A DNA stretch of 64,000 nt from Corallochytrium limacisporum Hawaii (GCA_002811645.1 PDIP01000011.1:4435-68434); one strand, 5' to 3'; counted from the first letter of the stretch, positions 43,487 through 55,460 are shown. Program-made: numbers and translations. The notes: generated by a model not told the origin, from the letters alone.

Positions 43487-46004
43487 AAGTGCTGATTGGT
43501 GCTTTTACTACTAACAGTCAAATATGGCCCATAAATTCAGACCTTACAAAACCTCCAACCAAAAAAAAAACACAGACAAAACAAGCAAACCTGATGCCTC
43601 CAAGCAACAAAACTAAGAACCCAAATTGCTTCCGCTTTCCCAGCTGCTCAGGAGACTGGCCGAAATTGTCCTCAAGTAGGCCTTCACCCCAACATCACAG
43701 AGTCCCGTCATTTAGCTGGCCATGTCTTCCGCCTGACTACTACACCCGCTGAACCCAACCGGCCGCTGCGGGTTATCGATGTCCACCTTTGCCCGCGCTG
43801 CCCAAGGTCGTCGTTCCCTCTTTCCGTACCGAACGAACCGCCCTGTCTCTCCTTCACCGTCGTTTCTCTCCTTCACCGCAAGTTTACGTCGCACTCCGGC
43901 CCTAAAGGAGCCGAGGATGTTCGGACGGAAGAAGAGGGAAGACGGGGCGAAGGAAGCGGGGAGGGACGGACCCACGGCAAACGGCCCAAACCAACCACAC
44001 ACACACCCCCCCCCCCACCGCTGAGCCGGGTCTTTCAGGTTTGGTCCCTTCCGGGGCCCGGGGAGGTGAAGGGCCCCCCTCCCCCCCGCGGGGAAGGAGG
44101 GGTCCGCCCGGTTTGTATTTCTTAGTACGTCGCGGGCAGCTGATTGTTCCAATCATCCCCTTTCAGTATCGTGAAAAGGCGAACCTTGTCTCTGTTTATT
44201 GGATTGTAAATGTTATATGATAAAGTTAAATGAAAAAGAATCAATATCTGATTGTCATACAAAAGCTCGCATGTAGTAAATTGAGTATAAGATACGTCAT
44301 GAATCATGCACGTAGGACCCAACAATGGTAATACAGCCCAAGGAAAAAAAAAGGGGCGGGGGATATCAGGGGGGCAATTGTGGGAGGGGTGCCGTGGGAT
44401 CGTTCCCACCTCGAACCGCATTATTGCATAGTGAATGTTCTGCAAATTTTTTTCCATCATCATAAAAACATGTGCTTCGTGGCGCCGCGTCCCCAATGCG
44501 CCCATTCTGGCACACCACCCTCGCAACAGGGGAGAAACAGCACGGCTAGGGGCAGTGTTTAGTACTGAAAGTACTGAAACGCCCTCGGTTGCTCTTCCCC
44601 TGTCTTCACCAATTTCCATTGGGACCACCTCTTGCCCTAAGAAGGCGAAACCGAGCGTGAAGAAAAATGTTCGCTTTTTCTCAGTTCATTTAATATGGCT
44701 TGGTCATGTCGGACCGGGGTGATTCATGTGGTTTGAAATCATCAAGCTCCAAAGTCACTTCGCTAGCCAGACATGTTCATTTCCAGTACTTAATGTACGC
44801 ACACATTTTCAGAATAGTTCGGCCGCCGCCTTTGACACTTGGAAGTACCCGAATGTCCTTTCTGCCATCGGCGATGCCGATCAACTATTCTATATACTGG
44901 TTACTTTATAGTATATCATCCCTTTCAATGAATATGGAGTCAAATTATTGTCGAATTCGCAATAATATTTATATACTGACTATTTTTATGTATTTCCCTT
45001 CATCGGGGCCTGCTGTCTTCCCTTTCTGTCTTTTTCCTGCAACTGTTTCCCCGAATGGCGTACTTTCACTATGGAAATGCTCGAATGTGCCATCGCTTTC
45101 CGGAGAAACTCTCATCAGTGAAGAAGATTTTTTCTTTTCTTTACGACATTCCCGCCCCCCATAGTCCCCGATTTCTGCGAAAAAGTCCACACGTTCAGTA
45201 CTTGATGTGGTTTTTTGTCGCTATCGCGAAAGAAAAAATTGACGGAAGAGGGGTAGCAGGGTTGCCCCCAACCCCTCTCGCTCTTCCTCTCTGCGAGCGT
45301 GGGTTGCTCGTCCTTTCCCGTTCCGACCGTCCGTCCTTTCCTCCACGGAACCCAGCCAGCCACGCAACGCGAGTTTGCGGGAGCGACTCCGTGTCACCGG
45401 AAAAGAAAAACTCCGACATTAACGCTCTGACTCGGCTGCCGCGTTTGTGGAGGGAGGTGGATTTGGGGTGGGAAGGCCCTTGAAGGAGGCCTCCCCGCCC
45501 GGGGGGGGTTGGGGTTTTAGAACGCGCACTGGGGCTCAGTAGTGAAGGAAGGGGGGTAAGGGGGGGGGGGCATTGGAAACTTTTTTCTTTTCTCCCCGGA
45601 GCTACTGAGAAAACACCACCACAAATTGCTATTCCCGCACACACGCGAACGATCGCACCAAAGGGTTATTTTTTTTCCTTTCTCTTCCCTCTCCCACCCA
45701 GCCCCCTTCCTTCCTCCTTTCCTCCCCCTTTTTTGTCGTGCGCCACACGGCTTTTTGGGGTGGGACCTGGGGAGCGCATACTGAAAGAACTGTGAAATTG
45801 GGAGTCTTTTTAAATTCCAAACACTGCGCATGGGAGAGGAAGGAGGGGGGCCGGAGGAACAGAGGCGGAGGAGAGAGTGAGTAGGCGACGTGAGGGAGCA
45901 GAGGGAGCGAGGCGACTTGCCTTGAGCGCTGCCAAGTGCCACGAAGCCAAGCACAGGGCCAGAGGGAGAGGGAGAGAGTGTGTGTGTGTGAGAGTTGGGG
46001 GGGG

Positions 46005-46144
46005 NNNNNNNNNNNNNNNNNNNNNNNNNNNNNNNNNNNNNNNNNNNNNNNNNNNNNNNNNNNNNNNNNNNNNNNNNNNNNNNNNNNNNNNNNNNNNNNN
46101 NNNNNNNNNNNNNNNNNNNNNNNNNNNNNNNNNNNNNNNNNNNN
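46005..46144. other. Assembly gap
   Basis: N run flanked by G homopolymers. Confidence 1.
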
Positions 46145-46161
46145 GGGGGGAAGAAAAATTC

Positions 46162-46241
46162 TCTTCCGGCCTCTCCCCTCCCTCCTCTCTCTCTCTCCCC
46201 CGGGGCCTTGGGGGGGAAATGAAAAAAAGGCGGCCACTCAC
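46162..46241. repeat. 80-bp repeat A, copy 1
   Basis: Identical to 47596-47675; lies next to the N gap. Confidence 0.85.
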
Positions 46242-47595
46242 TCACTCGGTCACGTAAACTATTCTTCATATTGAAAGTACTAAATTTCTGGAACAGTGTT
46301 GTCCCAAATTGAAGATTTTTTCTTCTACATCCCTCCCCACCATCCTTTCCATTTTTTTTGCTGTCTGTGTGCCGTGGCCCCGTATGAGTTCAGACGGTGA
46401 TGATTTTTTTCTTCAGTCTCATAATGAAAGTACGGCGATGTTGCCGGACAGATCGCGTCCTCAGTCACTGATCCCCCTCGTCCCCGAGGGAGAAAAATTT
46501 ACAACGATGGCCCCCATTTTTCCCCGCCGGGCGGGCTTGCTCTGAGTAGATGATGCATCAATCACATCGCTCTCTGCTCAAAGATCAATTATTTCAGTAC
46601 CATCGCCGGCGGAGACCACTACCGACCATCGAAAAGTTGGTATCGTGTTGCACAGAGACCACCCGGCGCTTCAGGCTCACTGTTTGCTCGCTCCCCTGCC
46701 ACAACCGCGCGGTTCTCAAAGCGGGGCGGTCGGGCTGGCCCTTCTTTACAATTTCGAGTGCTCTACGCACGCTTAGAAAACAAGGAAAGCAAAAGAGAAA
46801 AAAATTCTTGCGACGAGAGGCGAGAAGAAACCCCTCGCTTTCCGCCTCCCCGGGGCGGGGAGAGAGGGCAAGGGAACGCAACAAAAGAAAAGCTGGGCCA
46901 AAAAAGTTTTGGCATTCTTTTGCCTTCCCTGCTAAAAGAACCAAAGGAAATAAATCACAGGGGAGCACCACCACCACCACCCCCCGGGGGCAGGCCCAGG
47001 TAAGCACAGCGAGGGAAGGGTGGGTGTCGGGCCTGCCTTGCCGTGCGTATTATCGCTGCACACACACACACACGCGCGTTACCCACTACTCGTCCTCCTC
47101 CGCCCCCCCCCTCCCTTCTCACTCGCTCACTTCCCCTAATTTCCGTATGTATTACTTAGGGAAATATGGGGCGATCATTATTTTGCGTTTAATTCAAACA
47201 ATACACCCTCTTTGTCGCCACCTCCCTCCCCCCCCCCTCCACGGGGTCCTCCCCCAATTTTTTTTCAGTATTCTCCGCTGGTATTTTCGTGTGACGTTTA
47301 CGTCGGAGAGTTTTTTTCTTCCTTTTTATAAGGTCTACTTGGGCCCTGCGGCATGTCTACTTCGGTGTATTCGGTATAACCGAACAAACCCCAAGAAAAT
47401 ATCTCTTTTGCGCTGGTGTCACTCTCTACCCTCGCTCTCTTTCTCTCTCTCTCCCTCTCTCTCTCCCGCGGACGCGGCGGTGTGTCGAGTGGCGGTTGTA
47501 GCAGGGCCAAACGGACGCCCCTTTCCCTGCCAAGTCCACTGACACACACCCCCGGCCCGGTCCCCCGGGGGGGGGGGGGGGGGGTAGAAATATTA

Positions 47596-47675
47596 TCTTC
47601 CGGCCTCTCCCCTCCCTCCTCTCTCTCTCTCCCCCGGGGCCTTGGGGGGGAAATGAAAAAAAGGCGGCCACTCAC
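47596..47675. repeat. 80-bp repeat A, copy 2
   Basis: Identical to 46162-46241; G homopolymers on both sides. Confidence 0.85.
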
Positions 47676-47899
47676 CGGGGGGGGGGGGGGGGAGTGCGTG
47701 CGTGCGTGTGTGCGTGCGTGTGTGTGTGTGTGGAATGCAGGTCGAGAAGAAAGGAATTGGTCCCGAAAAAAAAACAGGTGAAAAGAAAAAGAAAACGAAG
47801 AAGGAAGATTAAAAAAAAGAGGGAGAGAGAGTGAGAGCGAGAGAGAGAGAGAAAGAGTAGGTGAGCCGCCTTGGTAGTCTCTCTCTCTCTCTCTCTCCA

Positions 47900-47981
47900 T
47901 CCCCTCCCTCCCCTCAACCGCTCACGGTCCAAACGCAACACCCAAAAAAAAAAGCAATACACACACACGCCCCCCCCCGGG
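47900..47981. repeat. 82-bp repeat B, copy 1
   Basis: tcccctccctcccctcaaccgctcacggtccaaacgc...ccggg, identical to 55344-55425. Confidence 0.85.
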
Positions 47982-48760
47982 GGGGGGGGGGGAAATCTCA
48001 CTTTTTCCACCGGTTTTTTTCTTACTAATCTTTTGCAAACCGAGGGAGAGTAGGAGTTGGTTTTTTTTTCTCCAATGGCGGGACAATGGTTTTTTTCCTC
48101 CTTGTTTTCCGCCTTTAAACGTTTTTTTTTTTTAACGCCTTACCGGGGTGTAGGGGAGGGAGGGCGTGGTGTACTGGTCCCATTCGGCCCTTTGGGCCCA
48201 GCGTTTCTTGGGTCTCCCAAAATGCCCGGCCCGGCCCCCGCGGGGAGAGACAGTGCGAGAGAGAGCGAGCGAGAGAGAGAGAGAGGGAGGAGAAGGGGGG
48301 GGAGGTGGGGTTAGTAGTCGGCGGCGTCAGAGACCCAGAAGTATTGGGACTTGCGTCACTCGAGGAAAGATTAGGGATCATCATCCGTTGTACATTTGCT
48401 CGGGTGGTTTTGTTCGTTCCTCCGACGAAAACTGCAACACAGTTTTGCTTGCGTAAAAATATGCTCCTTATCTCTGGTCTTTTTCGTACCTCGCGTTGTG
48501 TCTGGCCGATCTCGTATGTGGTATTTTAAACGCGCAAGGACAAGTCATGGGCCATTGACACTCTCCTCAACGTCGTCTATGTAACACGCCAACTCCAGTG
48601 GGACCCGGACCAATCTAAAGAAACCAGGACCCAAGTTGTTCCACACACAAGGGCTCTATCAAACAGCACCTAGACCACGATCAGTTAGCAGCATATTCCG
48701 GGACACACCAGAGTTCTCAGCCGGGGAGAGATCAGTTTTGTATTTGATGTCGCTCAAGTA

Positions 48761-49768
48761 ATGGCGCCAAACACTCGTTTCACCATCATGCAGGCGGATC
48801 TCAAGTCAAACGTATCGGCAGCCAGTAACGGCAACGGCAACGGCTCGGTACGCCGTAACAGTCAACAGTATGAACAGAGCAACACCTTTGTCATGGTCAA
48901 CGTCCCGACCACGGTCCTGCACCAGAGCAATGTGGTGAAGCAGATCTACAGCCGTCTCGAGCGCTATGGGCCCCTTGTTGCGTTCTGCCCGCTGAAGGGT
49001 CTCGGTCGCATCAAGATCGTCTTCCACACTGCGGATGAAGCGAACCGTGCCAAGGCTGCGATCCAGAAAGAGGGACTTCTTAAGGGTTTGGTACCGTCCA
49101 GTGCCAAGGTCTACTCCACAAAGCCCTACCACGGGCACCACGCACAGACCGATCCCCAGAGCGGGTACCTCTGCCTGCCCGAGAAGGATAAGGACTTCCT
49201 CATTTCCCCACCGGCTAGTCCACCCGATGGTTGGGAGCAGAGCGTGGATCCGGCTCCGGTCAGTGATGATGCACATAACCAGCTTATTGCTGCCCTCCAA
49301 CGCTTGCATCAGAGTCAGAAAACCCCGGGTGCTTCGTCGTCGGCCACGAATGCCGCTCAGGGATCGTCGTCGTCGTCCCCGTCAGGCCAGGCTGATCAGA
49401 CTACTTCTACTATTCAGTCGGCTTCGGCTGGCCAGAGCTCGCTGTCGTCAATGGATGTGGAGGATCACCATCACCACCGCGACCAGAGCCTGAAGCAACA
49501 GCGTGAGCTTGAGGAAACCGGCAATGATGCTAACCCCAGTAACGTGAAGCGCCCGCGTCGTTCCAGCTACACGCTAATTAATGGCACGCGGTCGACTCCT
49601 ACGATTAATATCGACCTGGCGCACCCTCTTCCTGAAGACGGCACTGGGGCATCTGCTCCGGCACCGATCCCTGCCGAACCAGCGGAGAAGATGGACAGCG
49701 CTCTGGCTCAGGGATACACGGCCATGCCACGCACCGCGTACCCAGGTATGGAGAAGTCAGCGATCTAA
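48761..49768 (+). CDS. RCAN: Regulator of calcineurin (calcipressin)
   Basis: N-terminal RRM-like region (LKGLGRIKIVF), YLCLP (LxxP), FLISPPASPP, PTINID (PxIxIT-like), C-terminal RTAYP (TxxP). Confidence 0.92.
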   Translation: MAPNTRFTIMQADLKSNVSAASNGNGNGSVRRNSQQYEQSNTFVMVNVPTTVLHQSNVVKQIYSRLERYGPLVAFCPLKGLGRIKIVFHTADEANRAKAAIQKEGLLKGLVPSSAKVYSTKPYHGHHAQTDPQSGYLCLPEKDKDFLISPPASPPDGWEQSVDPAPVSDDAHNQLIAALQRLHQSQKTPGASSSATNAAQGSSSSSPSGQADQTTSTIQSASAGQSSLSSMDVEDHHHHRDQSLKQQRELEETGNDANPSNVKRPRRSSYTLINGTRSTPTINIDLAHPLPEDGTGASAPAPIPAEPAEKMDSALAQGYTAMPRTAYPGMEKSAI

Positions 49769-50042
49769 ACATATCAAAATAACCATTTCACGTAATCCAC
49801 CACACATCACCATGCCGCAACATGCACCACATCCACCATCATGTCTACATGTACCACCTAAGCACACACATGTTCATTAAAATCTACAAGGCTATAGTGT
49901 ACTGAATTCGTGTGTGAATGTTGATGATGATTGTCATCAGGCAATCTCGATCACTTGCTTTTCGTTGGTTGGTCATCCGGTTCTATATGTTCTTTTTTTT
50001 TCCCTTTGAGATCAAAGATAGATCAGGGTGAGGCCACTATGA

Positions 50043-51956
50043 TCAAGCCCACGTCTCGGTCTGGTATCGCCGCTTCTTCTCAAGATCCACCAAGAATTTC
50101 TTAGCCTCGTCTACCTCCATGCCAGCCAGCGTCAAAGCATGGTGCAGTGCGATGTGCACTTCATCGGGCATGCGCTTCGCATTGCCAGCAATCAAGAAGT
50201 AACCGGTACCGGACCTGTCGAGCGCAGTTCGGATGAGCTCATGTTCCCGGCCCATCACATTCTGTACGTAGAACTTGTGTCCCTGTTCCCGACTGTAAGC
50301 GCGTAGGATTGTGCACAGTCCTTCTTCCGCATAGCCATCCAATTCAGCGCGAAAATAATTGTCCGCCTTTTCGTAACGGCAGCCAAAGAATAGCACTGTA
50401 CGCTTGGACAGGGGCAATAGCTGGTCAATGTCCTGGCTCTGGTTCTGCTTTGCCAAGGCCACACGCTCCTGAATCATGGCGCGGAAGGGCGCCATGCCTG
50501 TGCCCGGTCCCACCATCACCAAGGGAACTGCAAGGTTCCGGAAGGCGGGTGTGAGTTGGAAGGTTCCTTTCCTCACCCAGACGGGTACGCGATGTACCGA
50601 GGGGCCTGAGGAAGAAGACGGCTTCAGGGACGCGAGCCAATTGCTGCAAATACCTAGGCGTGGCGTCGCCATCTTTGTGCGGTAGGTAACCACTCCGACC
50701 AACAGTTCCAGCCGGTCTGGCCTCTGCGTCTGCGAAGATGCAATACTGAATGCCCGCGGGCGCATCGGACCGATCAGGTTAAAGATGTACTCGAAGGGGA
50801 CGTTACCGTGTGTGGAATCAAAGTCCATGAGGCACTCATACACATTGCGCTTCATGCGCGTCATGTACAGAAGCAGGTCCTGCTGCCCATCAGACGCGCT
50901 CAATTCGACTAAGCGTTCACGTTGCATCGGATTCGTGGCAAAGAAGGACAACACTTCGAAAAAGTGCCGTCTGGGCATGCTGAAGACGTCCAACCAACCC
51001 TCAAGTACCTCACGCTGGGTCAGAGTCCGGGGCATACCGGGTGGTAGGGGTGTAAACTCGTCCGGCTCCGTGACAGTGAGCACGCGATCAGGGTCCCATC
51101 GCATCATTTTCAGGACGTCGTCGACGCGCTCCGGTAGATTTCGGGGACGGACGTAGGCGACATCGCCAGGTTCAAAGCGCATGCCCGAGTTCTTGATGTC
51201 CAAGACAATGTGCCGCGTCTCCTGAAAGTGGTCTTCGGCTGTGACACGGTCATTTGCAACAACGCGTGCCATGAAAGCATTGTTTGGCCCTGGCGGTTGG
51301 TCGACTTTATCGCCGTCGCGGTCTTCATCATCCGTAGTCATACCATTGTCGCCGTCCTGTCCGCGCTCGTCACGGAACTTGACAATGTAACGTGGAGGCT
51401 CGAGTTCATACTCTGGCCGCATTTCCTTTTTCGCCGGTAAGGGAAAGATCTTGAGCATGGCTTCGAGCAGCAATTCAATCCAAGGAACGAACGCGTGGTC
51501 CGGCCCATGATCATGCTGATCGTCTCCCAAACCGATCGGGATCATCTCATTGGCACCAAGCTGGCTCATCCGAGCCCGTACTTTCTTTGCTGCAAAATTG
51601 TATTTATGGTAGCTGCTGTCTCCCAGTCCGAACACAGCGAATTTGATGCCGGCGAGCGAGTCGGAAGCCAATCCCCGCCTACGTAGGAATCGCCAAAAAT
51701 GGCTCATATTCTCGGGCAGTTCTCCCTGACCCGCTGTGGCAAGGACATAGATAATAATGGGCTCCGCCGGCAAATCCGCGATGTCGTAGTCGTCGCATGG
51801 CATAACTCGCGCCTGCACATACATCCGTCGCAGGGCCCGGCGGACAGCCTCTGCCGTGTCCGCAGCGGTACCTGTCTCCGAACCATAGAGGACTAACACT
51901 GACCGTTCAGTGGTAGTAGCAGCAGTGGCAGCAGCAGCCACGGCGTCTGTTGTCAT
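50043..51956 (-). CDS. NDOR1: NADPH-dependent diflavin oxidoreductase 1 (Tah18)
   Basis: LYGSETGTA, ATAGQG, FGLGDSSY.KYNFAAKK, HFQETRH, PRAFSIAS, MVGPGTGMAPFR, FFGCR, AGNAKRMP, terminal YQTETWA. Confidence 0.95.
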   Translation of the reverse strand: MTTDAVAAAATAATTTERSVLVLYGSETGTAADTAEAVRRALRRMYVQARVMPCDDYDIADLPAEPIIIYVLATAGQGELPENMSHFWRFLRRRGLASDSLAGIKFAVFGLGDSSYHKYNFAAKKVRARMSQLGANEMIPIGLGDDQHDHGPDHAFVPWIELLLEAMLKIFPLPAKKEMRPEYELEPPRYIVKFRDERGQDGDNGMTTDDEDRDGDKVDQPPGPNNAFMARVVANDRVTAEDHFQETRHIVLDIKNSGMRFEPGDVAYVRPRNLPERVDDVLKMMRWDPDRVLTVTEPDEFTPLPPGMPRTLTQREVLEGWLDVFSMPRRHFFEVLSFFATNPMQRERLVELSASDGQQDLLLYMTRMKRNVYECLMDFDSTHGNVPFEYIFNLIGPMRPRAFSIASSQTQRPDRLELLVGVVTYRTKMATPRLGICSNWLASLKPSSSSGPSVHRVPVWVRKGTFQLTPAFRNLAVPLVMVGPGTGMAPFRAMIQERVALAKQNQSQDIDQLLPLSKRTVLFFGCRYEKADNYFRAELDGYAEEGLCTILRAYSREQGHKFYVQNVMGREHELIRTALDRSGTGYFLIAGNAKRMPDEVHIALHHALTLAGMEVDEAKKFLVDLEKKRRYQTETWA

Positions 51957-52731
51957 GTTGACTGAGAGCTAGGTTGTTCACACTTCAGGTCATGACTGGC
52001 TTTCCTCGAGTCGTGACCGTTCACGATGGTCCTCTCTAATATGGGCTACTCTGATCGCCTATGTGGTTGCAAACATATTTCCACAAGTTCATTGTAGGGA
52101 CCGTCTCTCTTACGACCTAACAGTAGCTATTTTGATCTACCTGTCACGCGATCATTACCATCATCAAATCGGAAAGGGTCTCAAGGACCGGAGACCCTGT
52201 GCTTACGGTCCACGTCCCTGTGGGCCCAGGCCAGGTCAAGCGGCGAAGATTTTCTCTCCGCATCGGCCGCGTTGGTGGTGGCAGGGCTTCACCCTCTGAC
52301 ACCCTCTCCTGCAACAACCCGGAAAAAAAAAATTCAGGGTGGGGGCCGACCGACTGATTCAATTTTGAGATTTACGTAGCCAATTTCTTCTGGAGAGTAA
52401 TTATGAAGGGGCAGTCAGTGCAATGGATTCTAATTTGTTGCCCTGTGGGATGTATTCGTTAGTTGTGTATATGATTATGGTGGAAAATCCAAAATCAATG
52501 GACTCCCTGCGAACGAAAAAGGAGGTTGGCTTTCGTGAAATCAGCTACACGCTCAATTTTCTCTCGGTAAATACAGGGGTACGATACCTCTACCGTTGTG
52601 TTTGTTCCGCCGAAATGCTACTGAATATATGAGTGCTCTAAGTCGAAGTCTGGTAAACAGTTGATGGATCTGCCGGGCGCCCTCTGTCAGCCAATCACTG
52701 GACTTGGCGGGTCGCGTAGGGATGGCGGACA

Positions 52732-52767
52732 GTAAGTTTCTACACTTCTTTCTCTGTTCACCTGCAG
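52732..52767 (+). other. Candidate 36-nt 5'-UTR intron
   Basis: GTAAGT donor, pyrimidine tract, CCTGCAG acceptor, ~230 nt upstream of ATG 52995. Confidence 0.45.
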
Positions 52768-52994
52768 TTTCATGCCGAGGCAGCATAGGAGCATGAAGAG
52801 GTACATTGAGGTAGTCAGCAGCCTTCATAGGCATCACCAACTATACTAGCGATCATAGCACACGAAACTAGGATGGAGAGGAACTTATATATGATTCGTA
52901 ACCCCTCGTTCTGAGCAGCAGATTGAACACATAGTATGGGTCGCGTATTAGTAGTTGGACTCGGTTATCGTCTGTAGCGTTCTAGTCTCAAAGT

Positions 52995-54215
52995 ATGGTA
53001 GAGGCTGATCTAGGCTCACCCTCCGCCGGGCTACGGCTGTGGGCACTGCAGACAAAGCTGATGGAAGAGCATCCGGAGCTCGTGCACCGTCACAAGTTCA
53101 TGTGCAAAGAGCTGGATGCGGATCAAATTGCCGACAAGACACCAGAGAAGCCCAAGAAACAGTATCAGTGGTCAACATCACTCGATGAAGATACCAGCGT
53201 TTGTGCAGCGGCAAAATACTCCTGTGCAAAGATCGACACCCTTGATCCAACCACCATCACAGCAAGGGGAGGTGAACGGAGCGTGGATGGGTCATTGGGA
53301 GTCTTCTTCCTCGACACGGGATCCGGACTGGCGGTGGTAAAAGGTGCAAAGGGCATCGGAGTCGAGGTCTTTGCTACTTTGTTGTCGCTGTATATTGGCC
53401 TCTACTCCCCACGAATCTTGGTGGTGGATACGGGAAGTGGGGTAGGGCAGCACTGGATCGAGGCTGTCCGACGCATCGATCATGGCAGGGCGGGTCGCTT
53501 CAACCAAATGCAATATCTTGCGATCTCAGAGTACGTGAAGGGCAAAAGCATCGCCGATTACGATTATCTCATCTGCCAGGAGTTGCTCGGGACGGAAGTT
53601 GACGCAGATCACCCAGGGAAAAAAATATTCTTCGAAGAGCTGACGCAGATGCTGCTCTTTGATGTCCTCGTCAATAACAATGACCGTCTACCCCTGATCT
53701 GGGACAATCCAGGAAATGCAGGCAATGTGCTGTTCGTGTCTGAAGACATTGTAGAAGAGACTACGGGAAGTAAATGGCCCATAAAGCGCACCGTTCCGTG
53801 TGTGTCGTCCATCGACTGCGAAATCGTCTGCTTCGGGAAAGCCAGTGAGGCACGGGAACCTTACCTTGCACGCTGCCGGGACCTGGTCACGAACGTGATG
53901 CATAGCGTGCACGGTGACGATCCACGCCGTCCGTTGAGCAAGCCATTCGAGACGATCCAGGGCAAGCTCTATGGCTACATGGATTACAGTTTTCAGAAGG
54001 AAGACATGCGCCGAATGGAGGCCTGCTTCCTTTCGGCATTGAATGCAATTGATGGTACTCAACTGCGGTCAAGCATGGACGAGTGGATAGAACTCCTGGT
54101 CTCTGCCTTTGAAACGCCGCTGGCCGGCCTGGATAGTGTGGACCCGAGCTTTGTTGTGGACGTGCTGGAGACCATGCAACGGACAAGCTCGCAAGAGCTG
54201 GTCAATGGGGGCTAG
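52995..54215 (+). CDS. Actin-fragmin kinase-like atypical kinase (catalytic domain only)
   Basis: GSLGVFF, VVKG, EVFATLLS..GL.SP, EYVKG, FDVLVNNNDRLPLIWDNPGNAGNVLF, SIDC. Confidence 0.8.
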   Translation: MVEADLGSPSAGLRLWALQTKLMEEHPELVHRHKFMCKELDADQIADKTPEKPKKQYQWSTSLDEDTSVCAAAKYSCAKIDTLDPTTITARGGERSVDGSLGVFFLDTGSGLAVVKGAKGIGVEVFATLLSLYIGLYSPRILVVDTGSGVGQHWIEAVRRIDHGRAGRFNQMQYLAISEYVKGKSIADYDYLICQELLGTEVDADHPGKKIFFEELTQMLLFDVLVNNNDRLPLIWDNPGNAGNVLFVSEDIVEETTGSKWPIKRTVPCVSSIDCEIVCFGKASEAREPYLARCRDLVTNVMHSVHGDDPRRPLSKPFETIQGKLYGYMDYSFQKEDMRRMEACFLSALNAIDGTQLRSSMDEWIELLVSAFETPLAGLDSVDPSFVVDVLETMQRTSSQELVNGG

Positions 54216-55292
54216 GATTGTCCTTGTATTCATGTATTATAATGATCAATCCAGTTCTACAATGTTATAAATCTATCATGGCATCGAATTTCGCATTGGC
54301 TGCGCATAGAAAAGGGACATGGACATCACACCGCTGTGATCTCCGCATGGACTCGACACTCTCAGTCGATGTGATCGGGCTGCGTTAAGCTAAGGCGCCT
54401 CTCTCTGTCTCTCTCCCGATTTCGTCTCCTTCCTCTCCCCTCGGGCACTCTCGTCCCCCTCTCTCCCCTCTGCTCTGGATTCCCGTCCCTCGAGAGTTGT
54501 CGCGCTCCCCTCCCTTGGTTCCCCCCTTTCGCTTCCAAATAGTCAGTAGACTTACTACTAAAGAGCGAGCATCCATCGGAAGTGCTCGCAACACCGTGTC
54601 CCCCTGGTTCACACGGGGACGGGGATCCTTGTAATTCTGCGCAGCCAAAATGCAAGCACCGCATCACACCCTCGATTCCACCAGTAATACGTTTACATTT
54701 CAGATCACGTATACACCGATTTGTTCTCCTCCACCATGTCCTTGTTGTGTTGACCTATCGTTACCGAATAGCTCTGCACGGCCTCTTCCCAAAACCCTCT
54801 ATCATGATGTGGCATGTCCTCTTCATCTCTAAAACTCGTGCCTCCCTGGAACCCTCCGTCGGGTCACTGCAAGATCTCCCCCAACCGTCCGGCCCGGGGC
54901 ACGTGGAAGACTATCGGCGGGTAAAAGCTGCGGTTCATTCAGTACTGTACCCGGGTTCGCGCTAAAGAGCGTACCGACGAAAAGAGGCAACGAAAGAAAA
55001 AAAAAAAAGGAACTGAGCCGGAGGCCGCCCCCCCCCCCCGGGGGCTGGGGTTGGTAGGGAGCGCAAGGAGGGCGGAGAGCAAAATGGAGAAGACGCCAAC
55101 CGAGCAAGAGAGTTTTTATTCACCGAATTTCATTTCGGTACTGTGCGCTTCTGGGGAAATATCTGCTGCTTGCTGCGTGCGGCGATTCCGCGGTGCGTGT
55201 GTGTGTGTGGCTTTCAGGGAGCTCTCAGCCCAAGAAACAAAAACACCGACCCCGTCCTTGCCCTTCTGGCTCGCTTGCACTGACCTCTGCCC

Positions 55293-55298
<6 letters not shown>

Positions 55299-55345
<47 letters not shown>

Positions 55346-55423
55346 CCCTCCCTCCCCTCAACCGCTCACGGTCCAAACGCAACACCCAAAAAAAAAAGCA
55401 ATACACACACACGCCCCCCCCCG

Positions 55424-55460
<37 letters not shown>
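55299..55460. repeat. (CT)n tracts enclosing copy 2 of repeat B (55344-55425)
   Basis: Directly visible. Confidence 0.9.

Noticed and set aside
43509-43517. TACTAACAG branch/acceptor motif
   Set aside because: It is on the + strand, antisense to the adjacent AK5 gene, with no supported plus-strand transcript
46550-47542. 330-aa ORF and other ORFs in 39-41.8 kb, 44-48 kb and 55-56.4 kb
   Set aside because: Translations of microsatellites, homopolymers and N gaps
16223-54215. Functional Ca2+/actin gene cluster (CaMKK, IQ myosin, RCAN, AFK)
   Set aside because: Genes are dispersed among unrelated housekeeping genes, with no sign of co-regulation
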